A DNA stretch of 64,000 nucleotides from Escherichia coli. Lineage in GTDB: Bacteria > Pseudomonadota > Gammaproteobacteria > Enterobacterales > Enterobacteriaceae. The DNA lies in assembly GCF_003334335.1 (NCBI RefSeq), contig NZ_QOWQ01000017.1. One strand, given 5' to 3'. Below the pieces are notes generated by a model. That model saw nothing but the letters and a program-made list of their open reading frames with translations. It searched no databases and was not told the origin of the DNA. This document shows, piece by piece, positions 1 through 11,590 of this stretch (the first letter of the stretch is position 1; each line of letters starts with the position of its first letter). The position numbers were made by a program, and so were the translations under genes.

Positions 1-269
1 CCCACCGGCGCGGGCGTTTTTGTCCGGTAACTGCTGTAGGTGCGGGAGAGGATGAACGGCAGCGGGCCGGGCAGGGCAAGGTCGGTTTCACCGGGAAGGA
101 CCTTTGCACCGAGCAGCGGATTGACCGGATGGCCGGACGTCACCCCGCCGGGGCACACCGAACAGGCCACGCCGGTGGGGGCACCGATGCGTACCCCGGC
201 TGAACCCTGGACAATGCTACCGCCATACTGCGTCATGTCGCCCTGACGCGCCGCCGGTTTTCCGCTCAT
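1..269 (-). CDS. rhsC: Rhs-family protein, 5' end only (gene continues beyond window start)
   Basis: Reverse-strand translation from ATG at 267-269 gives MSGKPAARQGDMTQYGGSIVQGSAGVRIGAPTGVA..., the conserved Rhs N-terminus; runs off the window edge. Confidence 0.8.
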   Translation of the reverse strand, partial: MSGKPAARQGDMTQYGGSIVQGSAGVRIGAPTGVACSVCPGGVTSGHPVNPLLGAKVLPGETDLALPGPLPFILSRTYSSYRTKTPAPV

Positions 270-460
270 CTGCTCATCCTTGTTTTATCGGGTTATTTGT
301 CTGCTTCCAGGCAAAACCCTACAGATTTATAAGAAAGCCTTAAGTGAGATATCTGTCAGATAAGAACAATTAGGAAAATATTTATATATATTTCATGAAT
401 ATATGTTTCGATTGGTATAACGATGTCTAAATATTCCTCTGAACATCTTCCTGATACAAA

Positions 461-489
461 AAACCGCCAGCGTTTCCGCTGGCGGTTTT
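461..489. terminator. GC hairpin with flanking A and T runs, bidirectional intrinsic terminator between ybfA and rhsC
   Basis: aaaccgccagcg-tttc-cgctggcggtttt inverted repeat directly 3' of ybfA. Confidence 0.55.
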
Positions 490-511
490 CAATGTATTCA
501 AAACTCAGCAA

Positions 512-718
512 TCAATAAAAATCACCAGTTGCCTTTTCGGCCTGATCCATCCACACCGGTTTATCGCTGGTTTTCGACCAGACGCGATGCAGGTAGCTGT
601 AAAAGCGGGCGCGGTCTTTCCAGAAAAGCATGAAAGGCAGCGCCAGAACGCCCGCTGCAACCGCATAAGTACGGCGTAAAAAGATAAGCCATGCAGGATA
701 TTCTCTGTAGAGTTCCAT
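512..718 (-). CDS. ybfA: DUF2517 small protein YbfA
   Basis: 68-aa [26 protein letters not shown]...; ATG at 716-718 confirmed on reverse strand. Confidence 0.8.
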
Positions 719-927
719 ACTTTTCTCCCCCTTTTGTATCTACCCGGTGAATGGCACCGGAAAAATGAATTTGTTTATCTGATGAAAATAGTACCGCCTT
801 TTGTGTAATTTTACTACTCATCCGACCACTTATTTTTGCTTATTGATGGTTTATTTACATTCATCCTGTAATTAAGTTACACAAAAGTTAAATTAATACT
901 AAACATTAGTTAAATCATGGCTTTTGC

Positions 928-957
928 CATTTTTATACTTTTTTTACACCCCGCCCG
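928..957 (+). promoter_or_regulatory. KdpE operator-like T-rich element of the kdpFABC promoter
   Basis: catttttatactttttttacaccccgcccg lies about 75 bp upstream of kdpF; matches my recollection of the KdpE-binding region of the kdp promoter. Confidence 0.5.
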
Positions 958-1030
958 CAGATTTTTGCGAAATCTTTGCAGCCAGAATTCTACCCTTCCG
1001 GTATCACTTTTAGGCCACTGGAGGTGCACT

Positions 1031-1120
1031 GTGAGTGCAGGCGTGATAACCGGCGTATTGCTGGTGTTTTTATTACTGGGTTATCTGGTTTATGCCCTGA
1101 TCAATGCGGAGGCGTTCTGA
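1031..1120 (+). CDS. kdpF: K+-transporting ATPase subunit F (29 aa, GTG start)
   Basis: GTG at 1031 preceded by gagg; encodes [29 protein letters not shown]; stop overlaps the kdpA start codon. Confidence 0.8.
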
Positions 1121-2793
1121 TGGCTGCGCAAGGGTTCTTACTGATCGCCACGTTTTTACTGGTGTTAATGGTGCTGGCGCGTCCTTTAGGCAGCGGGCTG
1201 GCGCGGCTGATTAATGACATTCCTCTTCCCGGTACAACGGGCGTTGAGCGCGTACTTTTTCGCGCACTTGGCGTCTCTGACCGTGAGATGAACTGGAAGC
1301 AATATCTCTGTGCCATTCTCGGCCTGAACATGCTGGGGCTGGCGGTGCTGTTTTTTATGTTGCTCGGTCAGCACTATCTGCCGCTTAATCCACAGCAGTT
1401 GCCGGGGCTGTCGTGGGATCTGGCGCTGAATACCGCCGTCAGCTTTGTCACGAATACCAACTGGCAATCTTACAGCGGTGAAACCACGTTGAGCTATTTC
1501 AGCCAGATGGCTGGCTTAACGGTGCAAAACTTTCTTTCTGCCGCCAGCGGGATTGCGGTGATTTTTGCCCTCATCCGTGCGTTTACCCGCCAGAGCATGA
1601 GCACACTCGGGAATGCCTGGGTCGATCTGCTACGCATCACGTTATGGGTGCTAGTCCCTGTGGCGTTGTTGATCGCACTGTTTTTTATTCAACAAGGTGC
1701 GCTGCAAAACTTTCAGCCTTATCAGGCTGTGAATACCGTTGAAGGAGCGCAACAGCTGTTACCCATGGGGCCTGTAGCTTCTCAGGAAGCGATCAAGATG
1801 CTCGGTACTAACGGCGGTGGCTTCTTTAATGCCAACTCGTCGCATCCGTTTGAAAACCCAACCACACTGACCAACTTCGTGCAGATGCTGGCGATCTTCT
1901 TGATCCCAACGGCGCTGTGCTTTGCCTTTGGTGAAGTGACGGGCGATCGCCGCCAGGGGCGCATGTTGCTGTGGGCGATGTCAGTGATTTTTGTCATCTG
2001 CGTAGGCGTGGTGATGTGGGCAGAAGTTCAGGGTAATCCTCATCTGCTGGCGCTCGGCGCAGACAGCAGCATCAATATGGAAGGTAAAGAGAGCCGTTTC
2101 GGCGTGCTGGTCAGTAGCCTGTTTGCGGTCGTGACTACGGCGGCTTCCTGTGGCGCGGTGATTGCGATGCATGATTCGTTTACCGCTCTCGGTGGCATGG
2201 TGCCGATGTGGCTGATGCAAATTGGTGAAGTGGTGTTCGGCGGTGTCGGTTCTGGTCTTTACGGCATGATGCTGTTTGTCCTGCTGGCGGTGTTTATTGC
2301 CGGGCTGATGATTGGTCGTACACCGGAATATCTGGGTAAAAAAATCGACGTACGCGAGATGAAACTGACTGCACTGGCAATTCTGGTTACCCCGACGCTG
2401 GTGCTGATGGGCGCGGCGTTGGCGATGATGACCGACGCCGGACGTAGCGCCATGCTCAACCCTGGCCCGCATGGTTTTAGCGAAGTGCTGTACGCCGTGT
2501 CATCCGCCGCTAACAACAACGGCAGCGCCTTTGCCGGATTAAGCGCCAACTCTCCGTTCTGGAACTGTTTACTGGCGTTCTGCATGTTTGTCGGTCGCTT
2601 CGGGGTGATTATCCCGGTGATGGCAATTGCCGGTTCGCTGGTGAGTAAAAAGAGCCAAGCCGCCAGCTCCGGCACGCTGCCAACGCACGGCCCGCTGTTT
2701 GTTGGCCTGTTAATCGGCACCGTGTTGCTGGTTGGCGCACTGACCTTTATCCCTGCCCTGGCGCTTGGTCCGGTGGCGGAATATCTCTCCTGA
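1120..2793 (+). CDS. kdpA: K+-transporting ATPase subunit A
   Basis: Internal start [12 protein letters not shown]... of ORF 976-2793; 557 aa; ATG overlaps the kdpF stop (TGATG). Confidence 0.93.
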   Translation: MAAQGFLLIATFLLVLMVLARPLGSGLARLINDIPLPGTTGVERVLFRALGVSDREMNWKQYLCAILGLNMLGLAVLFFMLLGQHYLPLNPQQLPGLSWDLALNTAVSFVTNTNWQSYSGETTLSYFSQMAGLTVQNFLSAASGIAVIFALIRAFTRQSMSTLGNAWVDLLRITLWVLVPVALLIALFFIQQGALQNFQPYQAVNTVEGAQQLLPMGPVASQEAIKMLGTNGGGFFNANSSHPFENPTTLTNFVQMLAIFLIPTALCFAFGEVTGDRRQGRMLLWAMSVIFVICVGVVMWAEVQGNPHLLALGADSSINMEGKESRFGVLVSSLFAVVTTAASCGAVIAMHDSFTALGGMVPMWLMQIGEVVFGGVGSGLYGMMLFVLLAVFIAGLMIGRTPEYLGKKIDVREMKLTALAILVTPTLVLMGAALAMMTDAGRSAMLNPGPHGFSEVLYAVSSAANNNGSAFAGLSANSPFWNCLLAFCMFVGRFGVIIPVMAIAGSLVSKKSQAASSGTLPTHGPLFVGLLIGTVLLVGALTFIPALALGPVAEYLS

Positions 2794-2815
2794 TGATATT
2801 GAGTGAGCACTGAAT

Positions 2816-4864
2816 ATGAGTCGTAAACAACTGGCGCTATTCGAACCAACACTTGTCGTTCAGGCGCTGAAAGAAGCGGTGAAAAAATTAAACCCGCAGG
2901 CGCAATGGCGCAATCCGGTGATGTTTATCGTCTGGATCGGCAGTCTGCTGACCACCTGTATTAGCATCGCGATGGCAAGCGGTGCGATGCCCGGCAATGC
3001 GCTGTTTAGCGCGGCCATTAGCGGTTGGCTGTGGATCACCGTACTGTTCGCTAATTTCGCCGAGGCGCTGGCAGAAGGCCGCAGTAAAGCGCAGGCCAAC
3101 AGTCTGAAAGGGGTGAAAAAAACTGCCTTTGCCCGCAAGCTGCGTGAGCCGAAATATGGCGCTGCGGCGGACAAAGTTCCTGCCGACCAACTTCGTAAAG
3201 GCGATATCGTACTGGTAGAAGCTGGCGATATTATCCCCTGCGATGGTGAAGTTATTGAAGGGGGTGCATCGGTCGATGAAAGCGCCATCACCGGGGAATC
3301 GGCACCGGTGATCCGTGAATCCGGCGGCGATTTTGCCTCCGTCACCGGCGGCACGCGTATTCTTTCTGACTGGCTGGTGATTGAGTGTAGCGTTAACCCC
3401 GGCGAGACATTTCTGGATCGGATGATCGCGATGGTGGAAGGCGCACAGCGACGCAAAACGCCGAACGAAATTGCCCTGACCATTCTGCTGATTGCCCTGA
3501 CTATCGTCTTTTTACTGGCAACCGCCACGCTGTGGCCGTTTTCCGCGTGGGGCGGTAATGCAGTCAGCGTAACGGTACTGGTGGCGCTGCTGGTCTGTCT
3601 GATCCCAACCACTATTGGCGGCCTGTTGTCAGCGATCGGCGTCGCCGGGATGAGCCGGATGCTAGGCGCGAATGTGATTGCCACCAGCGGACGTGCAGTT
3701 GAAGCGGCAGGTGACGTTGACGTTCTGCTACTGGATAAAACCGGCACCATCACACTCGGTAACCGTCAGGCGTCGGAGTTTATCCCCGCGCAGGGCGTGG
3801 ATGAAAAAACGCTGGCTGACGCCGCACAACTGGCTTCGCTGGCTGATGAAACGCCGGAAGGCCGCAGTATTGTGATCCTCGCCAAGCAGCGTTTTAACCT
3901 GCGCGAGCGCGATGTGCAGTCGCTCCATGCCACCTTTGTACCGTTTACTGCGCAAAGCCGGATGAGCGGGATCAACATCGACAACCGCATGATCCGTAAA
4001 GGTTCTGTCGATGCCATTCGTCGCCATGTTGAGGCTAACGGTGGTCACTTCCCTACCGATGTTGATCAAAAAGTCGATCAGGTTGCGCGTCAGGGAGCCA
4101 CGCCGCTGGTGGTGGTGGAAGGTTCTCGTGTGCTGGGCGTTATTGCGCTGAAAGATATCGTCAAAGGCGGTATTAAAGAGCGCTTCGCCCAGCTGCGCAA
4201 AATGGGCATTAAAACGGTGATGATTACCGGCGATAACCGTCTGACTGCCGCCGCGATTGCTGCGGAAGCGGGTGTCGATGATTTTCTCGCCGAAGCGACA
4301 CCGGAGGCCAAGCTGGCATTGATCCGTCAGTATCAGGCGGAAGGTCGTTTGGTAGCGATGACCGGCGACGGCACCAACGATGCTCCGGCGCTGGCGCAGG
4401 CAGATGTCGCGGTGGCGATGAACTCCGGCACCCAGGCGGCGAAAGAGGCGGGCAATATGGTCGATCTCGACTCTAACCCGACCAAGTTGATCGAGGTGGT
4501 GCACATTGGCAAACAGATGCTGATGACCCGTGGCTCGCTGACCACCTTCAGCATTGCCAACGATGTGGCGAAATACTTCGCCATTATTCCGGCGGCATTC
4601 GCGGCAACGTATCCGCAGTTAAATGCGCTGAACATCATGTGCCTGCATTCGCCCGACTCCGCAATCCTCAGTGCGGTGATTTTCAACGCCTTGATTATCG
4701 TCTTTTTGATTCCCCTGGCGTTAAAAGGCGTGAGTTATAAACCGCTTACCGCTTCTGCCATGTTGCGCCGTAACTTATGGATTTACGGTCTGGGTGGGCT
4801 GCTGGTGCCGTTTATCGGTATCAAAGTCATTGATTTACTGCTGACCGTTTGCGGTCTGGTGTGA
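2816..4864 (+). CDS. kdpB: K+-transporting P-type ATPase subunit B
   Basis: 682-aa ORF with P-type ATPase motifs (DKTGT, TGDN, GDGTND). Confidence 0.95.
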
Positions 4865-4872
4865 GGTTTACC

Positions 4873-5445
4873 ATGAGTGGATTACGTCCGGCATTATCAA
4901 CATTTATCTTTCTGTTATTGATTACTGGCGGCGTTTACCCGCTGCTGACCACCGTACTGGGGCAATGGTGGTTTCCCTGGCAGGCCAATGGTTCGTTGAT
5001 TCGTGAAGGTGATACGGTGCGCGGTTCGGCATTAATCGGGCAGAATTTTACCGGCAACGGCTATTTTCATGGTCGCCCGTCGGCAACGGCAGAAATGCCC
5101 TATAATCCACAGGCTTCTGGCGGGAGCAATCTGGCGGTCAGTAACCCTGAGCTGGATAAACTAATAGCCGCACGCGTTGCTGCATTACGGGCCGCTAACC
5201 CGGATGCCAGCGCGAGCGTTCCGGTTGAACTGGTGACGGCATCGGCAAGCGGGCTGGACAATAATATCACCCCGCAAGCGGCGGCCTGGCAAATCCCACG
5301 CGTGGCGAAAGCGCGTAATCTCAGCGTTGAACAGCTCACGCAACTGATCGCAAAATACAGCCAACAACCGCTGGTGAAATATATCGGCCAGCCGGTTGTC
5401 AACATTGTTGAACTCAATCTGGCGCTGGATAAACTTGATGAATAA
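4873..5445 (+). CDS. kdpC: K+-transporting ATPase subunit C
   Basis: Start [11 protein letters not shown]... at ATG 4873 after gagg; 190 aa. Confidence 0.9.
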
Positions 5446-8122
5446 CGAACCCTTACGTCCCGACCCCGATCGTCTGCTGGAACAAACTGCCGCGCCGCAT
5501 CGGGGGAAGCTGAAAGTTTTCTTCGGTGCCTGTGCAGGCGTCGGGAAGACCTGGGCGATGCTGGCAGAAGCCCAGCGACTGCGGGCGCAAGGGCTGGATA
5601 TTGTGGTTGGCGTGGTAGAAACCCACGGGCGAAAAGATACCGCCGCCATGCTGGAAGGGCTGGCTGTTCTGCCGTTAAAACGCCAGGCGTACCGTGGGCG
5701 GCATATCAGCGAGTTTGATCTCGATGCCGCCCTCGCCCGCCGCCCGGCGCTGATCTTAATGGACGAACTGGCGCACAGTAATGCGCCAAGTTCCCGTCAT
5801 CCCAAACGCTGGCAGGATATCGAAGAACTGCTGGAAGCTGGCATTGATGTTTTCACTACCGTCAACGTTCAGCATCTGGAAAGTCTGAATGATGTGGTCA
5901 GCGGCGTCACCGGAATTCAGGTACGGGAAACCGTGCCCGATCCTTTTTTCGATGCCGCCGACGACGTGGTGCTGGTGGACTTGCCCCCGGACGATCTGCG
6001 CCAGCGGCTGAAAGAAGGCAAAGTCTATATTGCCGGGCAGGCGGAGCGCGCCATTGAACATTTTTTCCGCAAAGGTAATCTGATCGCCCTGCGCGAACTG
6101 GCACTGCGCCGTACTGCCGATCGCGTTGATGAGCAAATGCGCGCCTGGCGGGGGCATCCTGGCGAAGAGAAAGTGTGGCACACGCGCGACGCGATCCTTT
6201 TATGCATCGGCCATAACACCGGCAGCGAAAAACTGGTCCGCGCAGCGGCGCGGCTGGCGTCACGGCTGGGTAGCGTCTGGCACGCGGTGTATGTTGAAAC
6301 CCCTGCCCTGCACCGCTTACCGGAAAAAAAACGTCGGGCAATTCTCAGCGCCTTACGTCTGGCGCAGGAACTGGGCGCGGAGACGGCAACACTTTCTGAT
6401 CCAGCGGAAGAGAAAGCGGTAGTGCGTTATGCCCGTGAACATAATCTCGGCAAGATTATTCTCGGTCGCCCGGCCTCGCGCCGCTGGTGGCGTCGGGAAA
6501 CGTTTGCTGACCGACTGGCGCGCATCGCCCCCGATCTCGATCAGGTGCTGGTCGCGCTTGATGAACCACCCGCCCGCACGATTAACAACGCGCCGGATAA
6601 CCGCTCTTTTAAAGACAAGTGGCGTGTACAAATTCAGGGATGCGTGGTTGCCGCCGCGTTATGCGCCGTTATCACCTTAATTGCCATGCAGTGGCTGATG
6701 GCGTTTGATGCCGCCAACCTGGTGATGCTGTATCTGCTTGGCGTGGTGGTGGTGGCGCTATTTTATGGACGCTGGCCTTCAGTGGTTGCCACCGTCATTA
6801 ATGTAGTGAGTTTCGATCTCTTTTTTATCGCCCCACGCGGCACGCTCGCCGTCTCTGATGTGCAATATCTGCTGACCTTCGCGGTGATGTTAACCGTCGG
6901 GCTGGTGATCGGGAACCTTACTGCTGGCGTGCGTTATCAGGCGCGGGTAGCCCGTTACCGCGAGCAACGCACACGGCACTTATATGAAATGTCGAAAGCT
7001 CTGGCGGTGGGCCGCAGTCCGCAGGATATCGCTGCCACCAGCGAACAATTTATTGCCTCCACGTTTCATGCCCGCAGTCAGGTGTTGTTGCCCGATGACA
7101 ACGGTAAATTGCAGCCGTTAACACATCCGCAAGGAATGACGCCGTGGGACGATGCCATCGCGCAGTGGAGTTTTGATAAAGGCCTGCCTGCGGGCGCGGG
7201 CACCGACACGTTACCCGGTGTACCGTACCAGATTTTGCCGCTAAAAAGCGGCGAGAAAACCTACGGGCTGGTGGTGGTGGAGCCGGGGAATCTGCGCCAG
7301 TTGATGATCCCGGAACAGCAGCGCCTGCTGGAGACGTTTACGCTGTTAGTCGCCAATGCCCTTGAGCGGCTGACGCTAACCGCCAGCGAAGAACAGGCGC
7401 GGATGGCAAGCGAACGTGAACAGATCCGCAACGCCCTGCTGGCGGCGCTTTCGCATGATTTACGCACGCCGCTTACGGTGCTGTTTGGTCAGGCAGAAAT
7501 CTTAACGCTCGATCTGGCAAGCGAAGGATCACCCCACGCCCGCCAGGCCAGCGAGATCCGTCAGCATGTGCTGAACACTACCCGACTGGTGAATAATCTA
7601 CTGGATATGGCGCGAATTCAGTCCGGCGGCTTTAATTTGAAGAAAGAGTGGTTAACGCTGGAAGAAGTAGTCGGCAGCGCGCTGCAAATGCTGGAACCGG
7701 GTTTATCGTCGCCCATCAATCTTTCTCTGCCAGAACCGCTGACCTTAATCCACGTTGACGGGCCACTCTTTGAACGGGTGCTGATTAATCTGCTGGAGAA
7801 CGCGGTGAAATATGCGGGTGCGCAGGCCGAAATTGGTATCGATGCCCACGTTGAGGGCGAAAATCTACAACTGGATGTCTGGGATAACGGCCCCGGTCTT
7901 CCGCCAGGCCAGGAGCAGACGATATTTGATAAGTTTGCTCGCGGGAATAAAGAGTCGGCAGTACCGGGGGTAGGGCTTGGACTGGCAATTTGTCGGGCGA
8001 TAGTGGATGTACACGGGGGCACTATTACCGCGTTCAACCGACCGGAAGGTGGTGCCTGTTTTCGTGTTACACTTCCCCAGCAAACTGCCCCTGAACTTGA
8101 AGAATTTCATGAGGATATGTGA
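5438..8122 (+). CDS. kdpD: Sensor histidine kinase KdpD
   Basis: Start [14 protein letters not shown]... at ATG 5438; 894 aa; overlaps the kdpC 3' end by 8 nt. Confidence 0.93.
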   Translation: MNNEPLRPDPDRLLEQTAAPHRGKLKVFFGACAGVGKTWAMLAEAQRLRAQGLDIVVGVVETHGRKDTAAMLEGLAVLPLKRQAYRGRHISEFDLDAALARRPALILMDELAHSNAPSSRHPKRWQDIEELLEAGIDVFTTVNVQHLESLNDVVSGVTGIQVRETVPDPFFDAADDVVLVDLPPDDLRQRLKEGKVYIAGQAERAIEHFFRKGNLIALRELALRRTADRVDEQMRAWRGHPGEEKVWHTRDAILLCIGHNTGSEKLVRAAARLASRLGSVWHAVYVETPALHRLPEKKRRAILSALRLAQELGAETATLSDPAEEKAVVRYAREHNLGKIILGRPASRRWWRRETFADRLARIAPDLDQVLVALDEPPARTINNAPDNRSFKDKWRVQIQGCVVAAALCAVITLIAMQWLMAFDAANLVMLYLLGVVVVALFYGRWPSVVATVINVVSFDLFFIAPRGTLAVSDVQYLLTFAVMLTVGLVIGNLTAGVRYQARVARYREQRTRHLYEMSKALAVGRSPQDIAATSEQFIASTFHARSQVLLPDDNGKLQPLTHPQGMTPWDDAIAQWSFDKGLPAGAGTDTLPGVPYQILPLKSGEKTYGLVVVEPGNLRQLMIPEQQRLLETFTLLVANALERLTLTASEEQARMASEREQIRNALLAALSHDLRTPLTVLFGQAEILTLDLASEGSPHARQASEIRQHVLNTTRLVNNLLDMARIQSGGFNLKKEWLTLEEVVGSALQMLEPGLSSPINLSLPEPLTLIHVDGPLFERVLINLLENAVKYAGAQAEIGIDAHVEGENLQLDVWDNGPGLPPGQEQTIFDKFARGNKESAVPGVGLGLAICRAIVDVHGGTITAFNRPEGGACFRVTLPQQTAPELEEFHEDM

Positions 8123-8796
8123 CAAACGTTCTGATTGTTGAAGATGAACAGGCTATTCGTCGCTTTCTGCGCACGGCGCTGGAGGGCGACGGGATGCGCG
8201 TCTTTGAGGCCGAAACGCTGCAACGCGGCTTGCTGGAAGCGGCAACCCGTAAGCCAGATTTGATTATTCTCGATCTCGGCCTGCCCGATGGTGATGGGAT
8301 TGAGTTTATCCGCGACCTGCGCCAGTGGAGCGCGGTGCCGGTGATTGTGCTTTCCGCACGCAGCGAAGAGAGCGACAAAATCGCCGCGCTGGATGCCGGA
8401 GCGGATGATTATCTGAGTAAGCCGTTTGGCATTGGCGAATTGCAGGCCCGTCTGCGCGTCGCATTACGCCGCCACTCTGCCACCACCGCGCCCGATCCGC
8501 TGGTAAAATTTTCCGATGTTACCGTCGATTTAGCCGCCCGCGTGATTCACCGGGGTGAGGAAGAGGTGCATCTCACACCAATTGAGTTCCGCCTGCTGGC
8601 GGTGCTGCTCAACAATGCCGGAAAAGTACTCACCCAGCGCCAGCTCCTTAACCAGGTGTGGGGGCCAAACGCGGTCGAACACAGTCACTATTTGCGTATT
8701 TATATGGGACATCTGCGACAAAAACTGGAACAGGATCCCGCCCGCCCACGCCATTTCATTACTGAAACCGGTATTGGCTATCGGTTTATGCTTTGA
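8119..8796 (+). CDS. kdpE: Response regulator KdpE (OmpR family)
   Basis: GTG start overlapping the kdpD stop (GTGA); [17 protein letters not shown]..., 225 aa. Confidence 0.93.
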   Translation: MTNVLIVEDEQAIRRFLRTALEGDGMRVFEAETLQRGLLEAATRKPDLIILDLGLPDGDGIEFIRDLRQWSAVPVIVLSARSEESDKIAALDAGADDYLSKPFGIGELQARLRVALRRHSATTAPDPLVKFSDVTVDLAARVIHRGEEEVHLTPIEFRLLAVLLNNAGKVLTQRQLLNQVWGPNAVEHSHYLRIYMGHLRQKLEQDPARPRHFITETGIGYRFML

Positions 8797-8832
8797 ATAT
8801 TAATTTTAATACAGCCTGCCTTTTATTAATTA

Positions 8833-8859
8833 AAGCCGTAATAATAAATACGGCTTTTT
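8833..8859 (+). terminator. Intrinsic terminator after kdpE
   Basis: agccgta-ataataaa-tacggct followed by a T run. Confidence 0.5.
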
Positions 8860-9029
8860 ATCTTAAACAACACACAAAAATAACAATTCAATATTTTATA
8901 TTACTGAGTAAAAAGCTCATCATTAAATAAATTAAGATTGATCATTTTTTATTGATCACCTTCACAGTTCAACCGTATTTCCTGGATAGAATATCTTCAC
9001 CTTCATTCACATCAGGAAAGGTAAATTAA

Positions 9030-9134
9030 ATGGAAAATAACAGCCGCACTATGCCCCATATAAGGCGGACAACTCATATTATGAAGTTTGCTCATCGCAA
9101 TAGCTTCGACTTTCACTTCTTCAATGCCCGTTAG
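9030..9134 (+). CDS. speFL: Leader arrest peptide SpeFL (34 aa) upstream of speF
   Basis: ATG at 9030 preceded by aggaaagg; translates MENNSRTMPHIRRTTHIMKFAHRNSFDFHFFNAR then TAG; not in ORF track because it is short. Confidence 0.8.
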   Translation: MENNSRTMPHIRRTTHIMKFAHRNSFDFHFFNAR

Positions 9135-9391
9135 TCTACCGACTAAGGGCACTTCAGCGTACAGGTCTTCCTGACTCTCTGTATTACAGGCATATGCCTG
9201 TATTCCGCAGTGCTCATTCTCTGTTAACCCTTGTATTATCAGCCACCTGACTGGTAAGGGTTTCTGCATTCTGAAAAAAGCAATCTACCTGATTTATTTA
9301 TCAGCGGGGTAACTTTGCTTTTTTCCGGCACGATCGATTTCTCATTCGAGAAATTGAGGACCTGCTATTACCTAAAATAAAGAGATGAAAA

Positions 9392-11590
9392 ATGTCAAAA
9401 TTAAAAATTGCGGTTAGTGATTCTTGCCCGGACTGTTTTACCACGCAGCGAGAATGTATCTACATTAATGAAAGTCGTAATATCGATGTGGCGGCAATAG
9501 TTTTATCGCTCAACGATGTTACATGCGGAAAACTCGATGAAATCGATGCCACGGGTTATGGCATCCCGGTATTTATTGCTACTGAAAATCAAGAACGTGT
9601 ACCCGCAGAGTATTTGCCCCGTATTTCGGGTGTCTTTGAGAATTGCGAATCGCGACGAGAATTTTATGGTCGCCAGTTAGAAACCGCTGCCAGCCATTAT
9701 GAAACTCAACTGCGCCCACCTTTCTTCCGCGCACTGGTCGATTATGTCAATCAAGGTAACAGCGCGTTTGATTGCCCTGGTCATCAGGGCGGCGAATTTT
9801 TCCGTCGCCATCCGGCGGGGAATCAGTTTGTGGAATACTTTGGTGAGGCGCTGTTCCGTGCCGACTTGTGCAACGCCGACGTAGCGATGGGCGATCTGCT
9901 GATTCACGAAGGCGCGCCATGCATTGCACAGCAACATGCGGCAAAAGTGTTTAATGCCGATAAAACCTACTTCGTTTTAAATGGCACTTCATCTTCTAAC
10001 AAAGTGGTTTTAAACGCCCTGCTAACACCGGGTGATCTGGTGCTGTTTGATCGCAATAACCACAAATCTAACCACCACGGAGCGTTGCTACAGGCTGGTG
10101 CAACACCGGTTTATCTGGAAACGGCACGTAACCCGTATGGCTTTATCGGTGGCATTGATGCGCACTGTTTTGAAGAAAGTTACCTGCGTGAGCTGATCGC
10201 GGAAGTCGCACCGCAGCGGGCAAAAGAGGCTCGTCCTTTCCGCCTCGCTGTGATTCAGTTAGGCACCTACGACGGTACGATTTATAACGCCCGCCAAGTG
10301 GTGGATAAAATTGGTCATCTGTGTGACTACATCCTGTTTGACTCAGCATGGGTCGGCTATGAACAGTTTATTCCGATGATGGCGGACTGTTCGCCGCTGT
10401 TGCTGGATCTTAATGAGAACGATCCGGGTATTCTGGTTACGCAATCTGTGCATAAACAACAGGCTGGTTTTTCTCAGACTTCACAAATTCATAAAAAAGA
10501 CAGCCACATCAAAGGGCAACAGCGTTATGTACCGCACAAACGCATGAACAACGCCTTTATGATGCACGCCTCCACCAGCCCGTTCTATCCGCTGTTTGCC
10601 GCACTGGATATCAACGCCAAAATGCATGAAGGTGTCAGCGGTCGTAATATGTGGATGGATTGTGTGGTAAATGGCATTAATGCCCGCAAACTGATCCTCG
10701 ATAACTGTCAGCATATTCGTCCGTTCGTACCTGAACTGGTGGATGGTAAACCCTGGCAGTCGTATGAAACAGCGCAAATTGCGGTTGATCTGCGCTTCTT
10801 CCAGTTTGTACCAGGGGAACACTGGCATTCTTTTGAAGGCTATGCAGAGAATCAATACTTTGTCGATCCATGCAAACTGTTGCTGACAACCCCAGGTATT
10901 GATGCACGTAACGGCGAATATGAAGCGTTCGGTGTACCCGCGACGATTCTTGCTAACTTCCTGCGCGAAAATGGCGTAGTGCCGGAAAAATGCGATCTTA
11001 ACTCCATCCTCTTCCTGCTGACTCCGGCAGAAGATATGGCCAAACTTCAGCAACTTGTTGCCCTGCTGGTACGCTTCGAAAAACTGCTTGAGTCCGACGC
11101 GCCATTAGCAGAAGTGCTACCTTCCATCTACAAACAGCATGAAGAGCGCTACGCCGGTTATACCCTGCGTCAGTTGTGTCAGGAAATGCATGATTTGTAT
11201 GCCCGCCACAACGTGAAACAACTGCAAAAAGAGATGTTCCGTAAGGAGCACTTCCCACGCGTCAGCATGAATCCGCAAGAAGCCAACTACGCCTATTTAC
11301 GCGGTGAAGTGGAACTGGTTCGTCTGCCGGATGCAGAAGGCCGTATCGCTGCCGAAGGTGCGCTTCCTTATCCTCCGGGTGTGCTGTGTGTTGTTCCGGG
11401 TGAAATCTGGGGTGGTGCTGTTCTGCGTTACTTCAGCGCTCTGGAAGAAGGGATCAACCTGCTGCCAGGTTTTGCACCGGAGCTGCAGGGTGTCTATATC
11501 GAAGAACATGATGGTCGTAAGCAAGTTTGGTGCTATGTCATCAAGCCTCGTGATGCGCAAAGCACCCTGTTGAAAGGGGAAAAATTATGA
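9392..11590 (+). CDS. speF: Inducible ornithine decarboxylase
   Basis: 732-aa ORF MSKLKIAVSDSCPDCF...; fold-III PLP decarboxylase. Confidence 0.95.
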   Translation: MSKLKIAVSDSCPDCFTTQRECIYINESRNIDVAAIVLSLNDVTCGKLDEIDATGYGIPVFIATENQERVPAEYLPRISGVFENCESRREFYGRQLETAASHYETQLRPPFFRALVDYVNQGNSAFDCPGHQGGEFFRRHPAGNQFVEYFGEALFRADLCNADVAMGDLLIHEGAPCIAQQHAAKVFNADKTYFVLNGTSSSNKVVLNALLTPGDLVLFDRNNHKSNHHGALLQAGATPVYLETARNPYGFIGGIDAHCFEESYLRELIAEVAPQRAKEARPFRLAVIQLGTYDGTIYNARQVVDKIGHLCDYILFDSAWVGYEQFIPMMADCSPLLLDLNENDPGILVTQSVHKQQAGFSQTSQIHKKDSHIKGQQRYVPHKRMNNAFMMHASTSPFYPLFAALDINAKMHEGVSGRNMWMDCVVNGINARKLILDNCQHIRPFVPELVDGKPWQSYETAQIAVDLRFFQFVPGEHWHSFEGYAENQYFVDPCKLLLTTPGIDARNGEYEAFGVPATILANFLRENGVVPEKCDLNSILFLLTPAEDMAKLQQLVALLVRFEKLLESDAPLAEVLPSIYKQHEERYAGYTLRQLCQEMHDLYARHNVKQLQKEMFRKEHFPRVSMNPQEANYAYLRGEVELVRLPDAEGRIAAEGALPYPPGVLCVVPGEIWGGAVLRYFSALEEGINLLPGFAPELQGVYIEEHDGRKQVWCYVIKPRDAQSTLLKGEKL

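Noticed and set aside
976-1119. N-terminal extension of the kdpA ORF (start at 976)
   Set aside because: The extension overlaps kdpF in another frame; the conserved KdpA N-terminus MAAQGF begins at 1120, where the ATG overlaps the kdpF stop.
2860-4504. 297-aa and 258-aa minus-strand ORFs
   Set aside because: Antisense to kdpB; shadow frames.
9012-9269. 85-aa minus-strand ORF across the speF leader (possibly what older annotations call ybfK)
   Set aside because: It overlaps, on the opposite strand, the 34-codon leader that translates exactly to the SpeFL arrest peptide with a proper RBS. The antisense ORF has no convincing RBS, so I favour speFL, though an annotated hypothetical gene here cannot be excluded.
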